Of a DNA stretch of 26,442 nucleotides, positions 15,913 to 25,799 are shown piece after piece. The position numbers and the translations under genes are program-made. Each line of letters begins with the position of its first letter. The stretch's first letter is position 1. Source of the DNA: a virus (taxonomy: Duplodnaviria; Caudoviricetes); the IMG/VR virus record IMGVR_UViG_3300020255_000009, positions 1 to 26,442 of that record. One strand, given 5' to 3'. Under the pieces are notes generated by a model that saw only the letters and a list, made by a program, of their open reading frames with translations, was not told the origin of the DNA and searched no databases.

Positions 15913-18900
15913 TGGCTGAATTTACTGGACAAGATTTAATGAAGGGTATGGTTCCTAGCCCTAGAAGTAGGTATCAAGCACCTACAGTAAGGGGGCCAGG
16001 AATGATTGGAGGCTATGATGAAGTCAAGCAAGGGATTGATTCAGCTAGAAGATTGTTTAGTGATTTAGCTGATTGGGGTAAAGAAATAGGAGAAAAGCAA
16101 AAAGATAGAAGAGAAAATTTAGAATATAACACAGGAATCAATTGGCTTAACGAATGGGATCGTGAAATGAACCGACAAGTGAAAAGCACACTTGTTGACA
16201 CATATAAAGATCCTGAAAAACATGGTCAATTATCTACTGAAAAAAATCAGGATGATGGTAAATCACCAAGACACCATTTTTTATTTGGAGGTGGTCAAAC
16301 CAAAGAAGGATGGTTAGATCAAGAATTAGATTTAACAGTAGGAGATAAAAAAGCAAAAGTTTCAGGTAAACAAATATTAAACTGGTACAAAAATTCTCCT
16401 AACGTACAAGCAATCCTCCAAAGGAGATTATCAGATAAAGAGAATGCCATAGTTCTAAAATTTGAAACAATGGCAAATGCTTTAGAAAAAAAGTATTTAG
16501 AAGATAGTATAAATTTTCATGGAAGCAATAGCTTAACTGATCTTAGAAATAAAGTAACATTATGGCATCAAGAATCTATACCAGAAGATCAAGATGTTTT
16601 ATCTGAAAAAGCATTAAAGAATGCAGATAAAATTCATACAACATTAAACAAAGATATAAACAGTAAATTACCAGATTGGGAAGACGAATCTGGATTAACT
16701 GCTTATATAAATGAATTAATTACTTTTTACGATAGAGAAGGTGGAAATTCTAATTTAGGCAAACAGAACATTTTAAAAGTATATAAAAGTGTTCAAGGAC
16801 AAATGTTTGCTAACGACATTGCAAAATTAGCACACCGAGAAGGTGGTGCTGATTTACTCATGCGAAGAATTGAGTCAGGTTATTACAATCTTCAAATAAG
16901 AAATTTAGGAATTTCACAACAAGGAAGATCATTAGAAGATCATACGAGTAAAACAGGAAGGGTTGAGTTAGGTTTTGATACAAACCAACACAAACAAATA
17001 ATCAGTCAACTAAAAATTAAACAAAGAGATGGATCTACTAAAACTTTTGAAAGAGCATTGCTCGCTGATAAAATACAGTTAGAAGCTAATGAAATTGCAA
17101 GCAGAGAAACTAAAAATAAATATTTTAATAAAGATGGAACTTGGAATGTAAATAAACATCTAAAAGATGAAGGGATGCCAGCAACAGGAGCAAATAAAGA
17201 AGCATCTCTAAAATATGGCGCACAAGTCCTTTCAATATATAATAAACATAATAATGCAGATAAAAGTAGTTTAACTAAAGTTACTGATAAAAATTTAGAT
17301 CAAATTATATTTAATGCAATAGTAGATGAGCGAACTAATGAACAGGCATCAGTTAATTTTTTAGGTGACTACAACCATGGTGAAAACATTGAAAAACATC
17401 ATAATCGTTATAAATCTGTAAGAGATGAATATGGAGATTTACTACATACGGCAGAACAATATAAAGGTATGAGTAACGAGCGATTAAGACACAACATAAA
17501 TAACATTCATAAAAAAAGAAATGAAGGTACTCAAGATAATTTAAAAAATAAAATATTAGATCATGCTATGAGTCTTGCTAGTCAAGAACAAGCAACAAGA
17601 ACCCAAGGTGGATCAAATGATTTATTTTTTAGAGAAGGTGTAGATTTAAAAATTACTGAAAAACCATCACCAGAAGATTTAGAAACAGTCCTTAATTTAC
17701 AAAGATTACGTTCAGGAACTCCAGATGCCGATTTAGTAATACCAGATATGATCTTAGATCAAGCTGTACAAGTCGGATTTGGAGTTGATAGCGAAAATAA
17801 AAAATTTAAATTTAATACAGAGTCAATTAGAAAGGCACTTCATTTAGGATCAGAATGGGTAGGTGATAGAAAAAATTTTAAGTTGGCTTTGGAAAAAAAG
17901 TTAGTTGCTTTAGGCAGACCTCAATTAGGTATGTTTGTAAGACATTATTTTGATACTGCCCCAGAAGAAACTAGAATTACATTACTTAATTATTACGATA
18001 CACCTCCTGCCGATAGACATGCTCCAATTAAGAAAGACACTAAGGATACAACATTTAATGTTAGAAAAAGATCAAAAACTATAAATGCTGATTCAAATAG
18101 ACATACTGGTAGAACTAAAGAAAACATGGTTCAATTGTATACTGATTTGGCAAATGCAAAAATAAGCAATGCAGGAGATTTGTCACATACTGAAGCAGTA
18201 GATCATGCTATTTCTGAAATTGATGGTACTAATAGAGGAAATATAAACGCAAGATCACCAGCATCGGGTAATGTCACTTTAGTAAATGGTGCAGGATTTA
18301 ATGCAGTTTATAACGATAAATTGACTCAAAAGAATGCTTTAGCCTATATACAAGATAATGCACCCTATGTTCTTATTACAGAAGAAGACATAATTAATAT
18401 TAAAGATGATCCCGCATTTCAATCTCATGGTTTTATATTTAGGGAAAATCCAGAGTTAATACAATATCTCGCTATGGCGATTAAATATAATCGTGCAAGC
18501 GCACTAAAACTAACAATGGATAGTACAGATGATGGAACAAAATTAGTCCCATCATTAATTCAAGTAGATCCTACTCAAGACAATGGTGGGAAAATATTAT
18601 ACCAATGGACTGATAAAGCTATAGACATAAGCCATGATCCTAATGATCCTTTAGACGTTCATCCTTGGATACAAGCTTATGGTAGTAGGCATATTCTAAA
18701 AGAAATGGATGAACATGCTACAGTTGAAGGAATTATTCAGTTGTATCATGAATTAGAAATGAGACCAGATATTGTAAATAAAACAAATAAAGGAACAGAT
18801 CCAGATGCTTTGGGTGGAATGGTTCCTGTTGCTATACAAAAATATGGTGTAAGAGATTTGGCTACTGTTAAGCACATTATTAGAAAAGCACAAAGTTACT

Positions 18901-19127
18901 CTCAAACAGAAACAACAGATGCACATGTTAAACGAGCTATTCGAGATTTAGAAAAAGAATGGAGACCTACTGTAGAAGCATTGAGTCAACGTGTACAAAA
19001 TGCTTTTGTAACGTCACATGCTAAGTTAAGCGAAGATGATCGTAGAAGAGTTGAAGTAACATATGGTGTAAGAAGCCCATTAGGTGATGCGCCATTATCT
19101 CCCCCTAGCATGGTTCCAGTAGAATGA
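15912..19127 (+). CDS. Large internal virion (ejection) protein, gp15-like position (1071 aa)
   Basis: TAATG-coupled ATG at 15912 (track start 15900). Helical, polar, no Cys. Assigned by gene order. Confidence 0.65.
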   Translation: MAEFTGQDLMKGMVPSPRSRYQAPTVRGPGMIGGYDEVKQGIDSARRLFSDLADWGKEIGEKQKDRRENLEYNTGINWLNEWDREMNRQVKSTLVDTYKDPEKHGQLSTEKNQDDGKSPRHHFLFGGGQTKEGWLDQELDLTVGDKKAKVSGKQILNWYKNSPNVQAILQRRLSDKENAIVLKFETMANALEKKYLEDSINFHGSNSLTDLRNKVTLWHQESIPEDQDVLSEKALKNADKIHTTLNKDINSKLPDWEDESGLTAYINELITFYDREGGNSNLGKQNILKVYKSVQGQMFANDIAKLAHREGGADLLMRRIESGYYNLQIRNLGISQQGRSLEDHTSKTGRVELGFDTNQHKQIISQLKIKQRDGSTKTFERALLADKIQLEANEIASRETKNKYFNKDGTWNVNKHLKDEGMPATGANKEASLKYGAQVLSIYNKHNNADKSSLTKVTDKNLDQIIFNAIVDERTNEQASVNFLGDYNHGENIEKHHNRYKSVRDEYGDLLHTAEQYKGMSNERLRHNINNIHKKRNEGTQDNLKNKILDHAMSLASQEQATRTQGGSNDLFFREGVDLKITEKPSPEDLETVLNLQRLRSGTPDADLVIPDMILDQAVQVGFGVDSENKKFKFNTESIRKALHLGSEWVGDRKNFKLALEKKLVALGRPQLGMFVRHYFDTAPEETRITLLNYYDTPPADRHAPIKKDTKDTTFNVRKRSKTINADSNRHTGRTKENMVQLYTDLANAKISNAGDLSHTEAVDHAISEIDGTNRGNINARSPASGNVTLVNGAGFNAVYNDKLTQKNALAYIQDNAPYVLITEEDIINIKDDPAFQSHGFIFRENPELIQYLAMAIKYNRASALKLTMDSTDDGTKLVPSLIQVDPTQDNGGKILYQWTDKAIDISHDPNDPLDVHPWIQAYGSRHILKEMDEHATVEGIIQLYHELEMRPDIVNKTNKGTDPDALGGMVPVAIQKYGVRDLATVKHIIRKAQSYSQTETTDAHVKRAIRDLEKEWRPTVEALSQRVQNAFVTSHAKLSEDDRRRVEVTYGVRSPLGDAPLSPPSMVPVE

Positions 19128-20197
19128 TTGATCCACAGCATCCATATGTAAATCCTGAAATTCTAGGGCAAGCGTTTCAGAATTTTAGACCAGACGATTG
19201 GAATACGTTTAGAGATTCTATTGCTCAAGGTTTTGGTGATATATGGATGGTACAAGGATTAGATTGGTTAAATTATGAAACAGCACTAAATTCTCCTGTT
19301 ATCAACGAAGAAGATTGGAACGAAGAACATCCTAATTTTAGAGAAGGTTTGTCTTACCGAAAAGACATGACGGAAAGACAGGCTGAAATATTATCTTCTA
19401 GTTACGACAGGGAGTTGTTTTACGAGACATGGTTCCAAAATGTTGGAGCATGGGATGGATATAAAATAGGTGGATATTTAGTAGGTTCGTTACCAGACCC
19501 GATAAACTTTATACCTTTAGGAATGGGTATTACGCATTTAGCTAAAATTGGTAATGTGGCTCATAAAGCTATTCAAGGTACTAGAGCAGGAATATTATCA
19601 AAGCCAGTTAAAGGAGCATTAACTATAAGTGGGGAGGGTGCTGAAGTAGCAGGATTAGCAGGATTAGCAGGGGCCGTTATCTACGGAAAGAAAAACGTAT
19701 TTGAGGAAGAATATGGTGTTAGTGACATTGGTATGGATATGGCTTTTGCATTTGGGGCTGGGTTTGCTATTGGTAATTTTGCTAGAGCAGGAAGAACTTT
19801 TAGAAACTTTAATGCTTCTAAAAGACAGGGAGATATAATTAAAACTGCTACAGATATGAACGGAGATGCTAATTTTAAGCCTGATACAAATATTGATAGC
19901 AATGACCCAAATTTAGATTCTGCAAATACACCAAATCCCAAACCAGAAGAATATAATACTTTAGAAGAATTAGAAAAAATAAGAGAAAGAGATCAAACCA
20001 TAGATGCTGAAATGCCTGAACCTGAACAAGAAAAAAGTTTGTGGTCTAAGATTTTTGATTCATTTGCTAAAGATCCAACGCAAAAAGAATTATCTGAGAG
20101 TCTTGTTGATACGCTTGAGAATATGGGTGATAACGTCTACGACTTGCTTGACAGAGTGCAAGAATGTCTGACTAACTTTGGTGCTAAAAAGAAATAA
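19124..20197 (+). CDS. Internal virion protein (357 aa) with Gly/Ala-rich membrane-like segments
   Basis: GSLPDPINFIPLG motif, hydrophobic AGLAGLAGAVIYG and MAFAFGAGFAIG segments; ATGA overlap with the previous gene. Confidence 0.7.
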   Translation: MIDPQHPYVNPEILGQAFQNFRPDDWNTFRDSIAQGFGDIWMVQGLDWLNYETALNSPVINEEDWNEEHPNFREGLSYRKDMTERQAEILSSSYDRELFYETWFQNVGAWDGYKIGGYLVGSLPDPINFIPLGMGITHLAKIGNVAHKAIQGTRAGILSKPVKGALTISGEGAEVAGLAGLAGAVIYGKKNVFEEEYGVSDIGMDMAFAFGAGFAIGNFARAGRTFRNFNASKRQGDIIKTATDMNGDANFKPDTNIDSNDPNLDSANTPNPKPEEYNTLEELEKIRERDQTIDAEMPEPEQEKSLWSKIFDSFAKDPTQKELSESLVDTLENMGDNVYDLLDRVQECLTNFGAKKK

Positions 20198-20199
20198 CC

Positions 20200-22659
20200 A
20201 TGAAATGCGGTAAAGAAATAGCAGATCAGTTTGAGAATATAACTGAACAAGAAGTAGATGAGTTGATTTTGGGCTTTGGAATGGAAGATTCCTCAAAGGT
20301 CCGAGATGTATTTACTTGGACCAAAGAGAACTGGAAAAATAACACAAAAGCCAGAGCAAGAGCTAAAAAACATATCAAAAAGACATATCAAAAAATTCAA
20401 AACGCTATCTTTGGAGAAGGTGACGATCTTAGTTACGACAACTTCTTAGCAAAAATGGTAGGTAATTTATGGAAGGGTGTTCAAATAAAGAACTTCAAAT
20501 TATTATTTGCACACAATAGAAACGCAGATTCCACCGCGAGTCGAATGAATGCTAGGAAAAATCTTAGATTTGGGAGGATGTTGAACGAATGGCAAAAAAG
20601 AACAGGATTAGGACCAGCAGATTTTGATAAATTGACAAAAGATGTAGATTTCGGGCTAGACCTTATCAGGGAAATGTTCAGTAAAGGATCTACCAAAAAT
20701 ATTTTAGCCCAAAAATTGTCAGATATAATTAAAGAATTTAAAAAGATCCAAGTCGGAGAAGCAAATTCCTTTGGTGCAGGAATGCAAGTTCTGGAAGATC
20801 ATTTGATTACTCAATGGCATAATCCTGTCAAAATGCTTGGGTCTGTACCTACAAAGCAGGGTCGATTGTTAGCAGAAGCAGAATGGATTGATACCATTCG
20901 TCCTTTGCTTGATGAAAAGAAAATGAAACGTCCAATAACAACTGAATATCTAAGTCAGGTGTATCGTGCGTTTACAAAAGGAAAAACAGAATTTGAGTTG
21001 CATCATACGCTTTCCAACAAGTCGTTAGCAGAAAGAATGTCTTCGACCAGAGAGTTGCATTTCAAAGATGCGGACTCTTGGATGAGATATAACGCTAAAT
21101 ACGGACACCCTGACCCAATAGGGTCCATCTTTAAAGGGATGGATGTTTTTGACGAGAGGTTGGCGTTAATGGAAGATTGGGGGCCAGATCCAGAAGGAAT
21201 GTTTCAAGAAATGTATAAAAAAATGGGGCCAAATCTTTCTACAAAACAAAAAATACGACTTCAAAGTGCTTGGAGACAAATTAGTGGAGAAGCAACAATT
21301 GTTGGTAATCCTGCATTATCCCAAATGGTAAATGCTATACAAGCATTCCAAATCATAACCAAATTACCTAAAGCTGTTATTTCCGCATTTAGTGATATAG
21401 CAATAGGAAATGCAGTCTTAGATACTCATGGCAAAGGATTTTTGGGATCGTATGGATCTACTTTTAAAATATTAAAACAACGATTTTCACAAAGCGACAA
21501 AGCTCGGCAAGCTGAACTAATGCATGTTACGCATCAGCTTGGCATTGGTTTCGATTCGTTGATTTCTTCAGCAGTAAACCGATGGGCTGACATTGGAATG
21601 AACCCAGGATTTATGTCTACGGCCGCCGATAGCTTTTTCAAAATAAATGGACTAAATGCGTGGACAGACCTTTGGAGAGAAGCATTTAGCAAGGTTGCTT
21701 CAAATAATTTTGCTACCAAATTGAAGAGTTCTTGGAAAGGATTGGATGAAACCTTGGAAGGCAAATTGTTTAAACAAAGACTAGAAGAATACAATATCTC
21801 TGAAAAAGAATGGAACCAGTTAAGAGACAGCAATTCTACATTTAATTTAAAAGATTTGCTCAAAGATGATGCAGATTATAAAAATGTGGATTTAAGTTCA
21901 GATGAGTATATTACTGCGGATCACGTTTTATCAACGACTCAAAACAAAGAGCTATCAGATAAAATAGGAAATTTTTTTGTCTTTGAATCAAGGAATTTTG
22001 TTCCTGAAGCTGGGGCCTCTTCAAGAGCAAATATGATGCTAATGTCCAATAAAGGAACAGCATTCGGTACGTTCCTTCAATTATTTTGGACTTTTCGATC
22101 CTTGACAATGAAAATGGCAACCGATATATATCCAAGAATCGGGACTTTACCAGTACATAAATTAGCTTTACATGGTTTTGGGCCGATGGTTGCTTTAGGG
22201 TATGCAAGTTTAGCAACGAAAAAGCTTATACAAGGGAAAGAACCACCAGATGTTACAGACCCGCAAACTTTTATTGACTCAGGTGTACAGTCTGGTATTC
22301 TTGGAGTAGCAGGAGATTTCCTGTTAGAGTCGATGAATAAGATGGATTCTTCTCTTGATGAGAGTATATTGGGGGTAAACTATGAGTTGTTTAAAGACAT
22401 GGGAGAAATCATGGTTGGTCTTGTCAATGATGATTTAAGAGCAAAAGACGTACTCCAAAAAATGAGGGGGAATACTCCTTATGTTGGCTTACCTTTAGTA
22501 GAGCATGTTTATAACTATGCTTTTTACTATCCAATGTTAGAAACTTACAACCCAGGACATCTTTCAAGATTGGAAAATTTTTCAGCAACAATGGCTGGTT
22601 CTCCATATATGGATTGGGCAAAGCCTACTAATTTTGTTCCGTATGGAGGTTATCAATGA
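20200..22659 (+). CDS. Large internal virion protein (819 aa), last ejection protein before the tail fibre
   Basis: RELHFKDADSWMRYNAKYG, LMEDWGPDP, GLNAWTD and GILGVAGDFL motifs, which I recognise from epsilon15/BPP-1/HTVC010P-type internal proteins. Confidence 0.75.
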   Translation: MKCGKEIADQFENITEQEVDELILGFGMEDSSKVRDVFTWTKENWKNNTKARARAKKHIKKTYQKIQNAIFGEGDDLSYDNFLAKMVGNLWKGVQIKNFKLLFAHNRNADSTASRMNARKNLRFGRMLNEWQKRTGLGPADFDKLTKDVDFGLDLIREMFSKGSTKNILAQKLSDIIKEFKKIQVGEANSFGAGMQVLEDHLITQWHNPVKMLGSVPTKQGRLLAEAEWIDTIRPLLDEKKMKRPITTEYLSQVYRAFTKGKTEFELHHTLSNKSLAERMSSTRELHFKDADSWMRYNAKYGHPDPIGSIFKGMDVFDERLALMEDWGPDPEGMFQEMYKKMGPNLSTKQKIRLQSAWRQISGEATIVGNPALSQMVNAIQAFQIITKLPKAVISAFSDIAIGNAVLDTHGKGFLGSYGSTFKILKQRFSQSDKARQAELMHVTHQLGIGFDSLISSAVNRWADIGMNPGFMSTAADSFFKINGLNAWTDLWREAFSKVASNNFATKLKSSWKGLDETLEGKLFKQRLEEYNISEKEWNQLRDSNSTFNLKDLLKDDADYKNVDLSSDEYITADHVLSTTQNKELSDKIGNFFVFESRNFVPEAGASSRANMMLMSNKGTAFGTFLQLFWTFRSLTMKMATDIYPRIGTLPVHKLALHGFGPMVALGYASLATKKLIQGKEPPDVTDPQTFIDSGVQSGILGVAGDFLLESMNKMDSSLDESILGVNYELFKDMGEIMVGLVNDDLRAKDVLQKMRGNTPYVGLPLVEHVYNYAFYYPMLETYNPGHLSRLENFSATMAGSPYMDWAKPTNFVPYGGYQ

Positions 22660-24809
22660 CCGTATCGACTACTGGTAACAGAGCAGAATACAGTTTAAAT
22701 GCTACTACTGCTTCATTTGCATTTGCTTCAGGTGGTGTAAATTTTACTGTTTTTGATGATGATGATTTAAAAGTTTATGTTAATGGTGTATTAAAAACTA
22801 AAACAACTCATTACACAGTATCAATTAACACCAGTAATGAAGGTACTGTAACCTTTGTATCTTCTCCTACTGATCACAGGCCTGTTTCAGGTGACAAAGT
22901 AATTATTGTTAGAGAAGTCCCTCTTACCCAAAACACAAATTACCAAAATAATAATATCTTTGATGCTGAGACTTTAGAAACAAGCATTGATCTTGAAACA
23001 ATGAAGTCTCAACAAATTTCAAGTAAAACAGATCGAGCTATTAAATTTGCTGATGATGTTCTTGGTGTTGATTCAAATGTTACAGAAATATCAACTGGTG
23101 GAACAGAGAGAGCTAATAAAATTATAGGTTTTGATTCAAACGGAGATATAACTGCAACTCAAGAGCTTGGAGCAAATAGAGGCAATTGGGCAACATCTAC
23201 TGCTTATGTATTAAGAGACATTGTAAAACAGAATGTATCTGCTCAAACTGCTACATACAGTAATATATATATATGTATATCTGCCCATACATCAACAGGA
23301 TCATACCTAACCCAAAATGATTCTGCTAAATGGCAGTTAGTATTTGATATTGCAACAACTACGGCTAATGCTTTAACTGCAACAACAAAAGCACTTCACG
23401 CAAGTCGTTCTGAAGATAATGCTGAAGCTTATGCTAATACAGCAGAAAACACAGCAGTAAGTGTTTTTGGAGCAAATAATTCAGCAGATCCAACTGTTGG
23501 AACTACAACAACTGATGGATTTTCATCATTACATCATCGAGAAAAATCTAAAGAATTTGCTCAAACTGTAGATGCTCAAGTTACAGATGATTCTGGAACG
23601 GCAAACCAAGGATATTCTTCTAAAGAGTGGGCAGTAGGTAAAGTTGCAGGAAACACAGATGGATCTTCTAAGCAATGGGCTTTAGGTGGAGGTGCTTCAT
23701 TTGCAAGTGGAACTGCGGTATCAGGATCTAATTTTAGTGCCAAAGAATATGCTCAGGGAGATATTGAAACTCATGGTGGATCAGCAAAAGCTTGGGCAAT
23801 AGATAGTTCTAGCCCAGATGGGTCTAGTGAACACTCTGCAAAAAGTTGGGCTTCAAAATCAACTGGAACAGTAGACGGATCAACAAGATCAGCTAAAGTT
23901 TCTGCTTCAGATGCTAAAAAATTAGCAATGCATGCTGTTGATTCACAGTTTACTTTAGATGATGGGACACAAGATTATTCAGCAAAACATTACTGGACAA
24001 AATCAAATGCTTTATTCGAAGCATTAGATGATAAGTATTTAGGTTCTTTTAGTTCAGCACCTTCAGCAGATAATGATGGTGATGCACTAACCTCTGGAGA
24101 CATTTACTTAAATACTACCGATAACAAACTTTATTATTATTCTGGAAGTGCTTGGACAAGTTTTAGAAATGAAACCAATACCGTCCAATCGTCAACAGGA
24201 AACGATCTCAATCTCTCCACTTTAGATAACAATCAAAACATTAACCTGACTCCGCATGGAACAGGAGAAGTCAATATATCTAAAGTAGATATTGATTCAG
24301 GCACTATAGATGGTACGGATATTACAGTAGGATCTGGAAAAACTTTAGATGTTTCTGCTGGGACTTTTACAACTTCAACTGCACAAGCAGAAGCGTTAGG
24401 AGCATTTGCAAGTGGAACTAAAATGCTTTTCCATCAAAGTTCAGCACCGTCTGGATGGACAAAAGTTACTACAACTGGATCAGGAAATACTGGCATAAAC
24501 GATGTAGGTTTAAGAGTTGTTACTGGAAACATTACAGATGGAGTAGCAGGATCTGTTGCTTTTGATACAGCATTTGCTTCTCAAACTATACCAACACACA
24601 CATTGACAACTGGACAACTGGCAAGTCACAATCACTCACATGGAGCTACACCAAATTGGGGTTCTGGACCTTTTTGTGTTCAATACGCTTACGGTGGACA
24701 AAATACAAGTATTACTGTTAATCCTAGTGGTGGTAACGGAGCACACGGACACGGAAGTATTGATCTTAATGTTAAATACATTGACTTAATCGTTGCATCA
24801 AAAGACTAA
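22656..24809 (+). CDS. Tail fibre protein
   Basis: T7 gp17-like N-terminal adaptor (F.VF...DLKVYVNG...V.I.R..P), CBM5/12-like module (WATSTAYVLRDIV...IYICISAHTS), SAKxWA repeats, collar motif APSGW and a His-x-His tip. Confidence 0.92.
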   Translation: MTVSTTGNRAEYSLNATTASFAFASGGVNFTVFDDDDLKVYVNGVLKTKTTHYTVSINTSNEGTVTFVSSPTDHRPVSGDKVIIVREVPLTQNTNYQNNNIFDAETLETSIDLETMKSQQISSKTDRAIKFADDVLGVDSNVTEISTGGTERANKIIGFDSNGDITATQELGANRGNWATSTAYVLRDIVKQNVSAQTATYSNIYICISAHTSTGSYLTQNDSAKWQLVFDIATTTANALTATTKALHASRSEDNAEAYANTAENTAVSVFGANNSADPTVGTTTTDGFSSLHHREKSKEFAQTVDAQVTDDSGTANQGYSSKEWAVGKVAGNTDGSSKQWALGGGASFASGTAVSGSNFSAKEYAQGDIETHGGSAKAWAIDSSSPDGSSEHSAKSWASKSTGTVDGSTRSAKVSASDAKKLAMHAVDSQFTLDDGTQDYSAKHYWTKSNALFEALDDKYLGSFSSAPSADNDGDALTSGDIYLNTTDNKLYYYSGSAWTSFRNETNTVQSSTGNDLNLSTLDNNQNINLTPHGTGEVNISKVDIDSGTIDGTDITVGSGKTLDVSAGTFTTSTAQAEALGAFASGTKMLFHQSSAPSGWTKVTTTGSGNTGINDVGLRVVTGNITDGVAGSVAFDTAFASQTIPTHTLTTGQLASHNHSHGATPNWGSGPFCVQYAYGGQNTSITVNPSGGNGAHGHGSIDLNVKYIDLIVASKD
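23698..24419 (+). repeat. 17-bp exact direct repeat CATTTGCAAGTGGAACT (23698-23714 and 24403-24419) inside the tail fibre gene
   Basis: Read directly from the sequence. Spacing is 705 nt (in frame), and both copies encode FASGT. Confidence 0.85.
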
Positions 24810-24810
24810 A

Positions 24811-25209
24811 ATGAATATTACAATTATTAAAGATGATCAGTTAGTTCAAGAAGGTGGAGAAAGCGTTTCTGGAATTGATCTTTCTGATTTGCCCGATAAC
24901 TTTCATGCGTTGCATTGGGATGGGAAAGTTGGAGAAATAGAATGGAAAACAGTAACAACACCGAATCAACAAGTATCTTCTGAAAGTGAGATTGATTCTG
25001 CTTTAGGTGTTCCTTTATCTACAATTATAGAAAGAAAAAAAGCAGGAGTAGAAAAATCAAAAGAATTTGTTGATTTAGATTCTTATGAATTTAAGCGTTT
25101 GATGGAATACGGTCCTCCAGATAAACAAATAGAATTTATAACAGAAAATGGTCTTGATGCTTGGAAAGAACGAGTGTCAGAAATCAAGAAAAAGTTTCCC
25201 AAACCATAA
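24811..25209 (+). CDS. Tail fibre-associated (assembly/chaperone-like) protein
   Basis: ATG at 24811 directly after the fibre stop. ITIIKDD...HALHWDG..GEIE N-terminus and R..EY....Q......W......IK.KFPKP C-terminus, typical of fibre-adjacent proteins. Confidence 0.7.
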   Translation: MNITIIKDDQLVQEGGESVSGIDLSDLPDNFHALHWDGKVGEIEWKTVTTPNQQVSSESEIDSALGVPLSTIIERKKAGVEKSKEFVDLDSYEFKRLMEYGPPDKQIEFITENGLDAWKERVSEIKKKFPKP

Positions 25210-25799
25210 TGGAGACTTTTATAGAAGAAATAGATAATCATTTTAATAAAGAATTTTGTTCTCAAGTTGTTGCATCTTTTGAGATTTTAATTAACGAAGG
25301 ATATTTTGTAGTAACAAATGGTTCAGATTACGGAAAATTAAACAGAGATGATATTTCTGTATTTTTGCCAGATCGCTCTACTAAAGAAAAAGGAATTGAT
25401 ACTAGAAATTTACATGGATTTTTACCTGATAACTGGATAAAGGATTATAGTTTTTTATTGGTAGATGCTGTAAATCATTATATTAAAAAATATGGATTAA
25501 ATGATGTTAAATTATTTTTACAACAAACAAAATTCCATCAAGTTTTAAAAGGACAAGGCTATCATCAATTTCATTTTGAAAATTGTTACCAAGAAAATAG
25601 TAATAGAGTTATAGTGTTTATGACATATTTGGAAATTCCAAAAGAAGGTGGTGAGACTGAATTTCTTTATCAAAATAAAAGAATAATTCCTAAAGTTGGG
25701 ACTACAGTAATTTGGCCTGCAGGATTTACACACATGCACAGAGGCAACCCTGTTTTGGAAGGTCGCAAAAGTTATTTGACAGGATGGTTTGCTTATTAA
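25209..25799 (+). CDS. 2OG-Fe(II) oxygenase (prolyl-4-hydroxylase-like)
   Basis: H-x-E (YHQFHFE), MTYL...EGGETEF, WPAGFTHMHRGNP and distal K (KSYLTGW). TAATG-coupled start at 25209. Confidence 0.92.
   Translation: METFIEEIDNHFNKEFCSQVVASFEILINEGYFVVTNGSDYGKLNRDDISVFLPDRSTKEKGIDTRNLHGFLPDNWIKDYSFLLVDAVNHYIKKYGLNDVKLFLQQTKFHQVLKGQGYHQFHFENCYQENSNRVIVFMTYLEIPKEGGETEFLYQNKRIIPKVGTTVIWPAGFTHMHRGNPVLEGRKSYLTGWFAY

Noticed and set aside
19647-19671. 9-bp tandem repeat TAGCAGGAT (about 2.8 copies)
   Set aside because: In frame, encodes AGLAGLAG; an ordinary low-complexity duplication.
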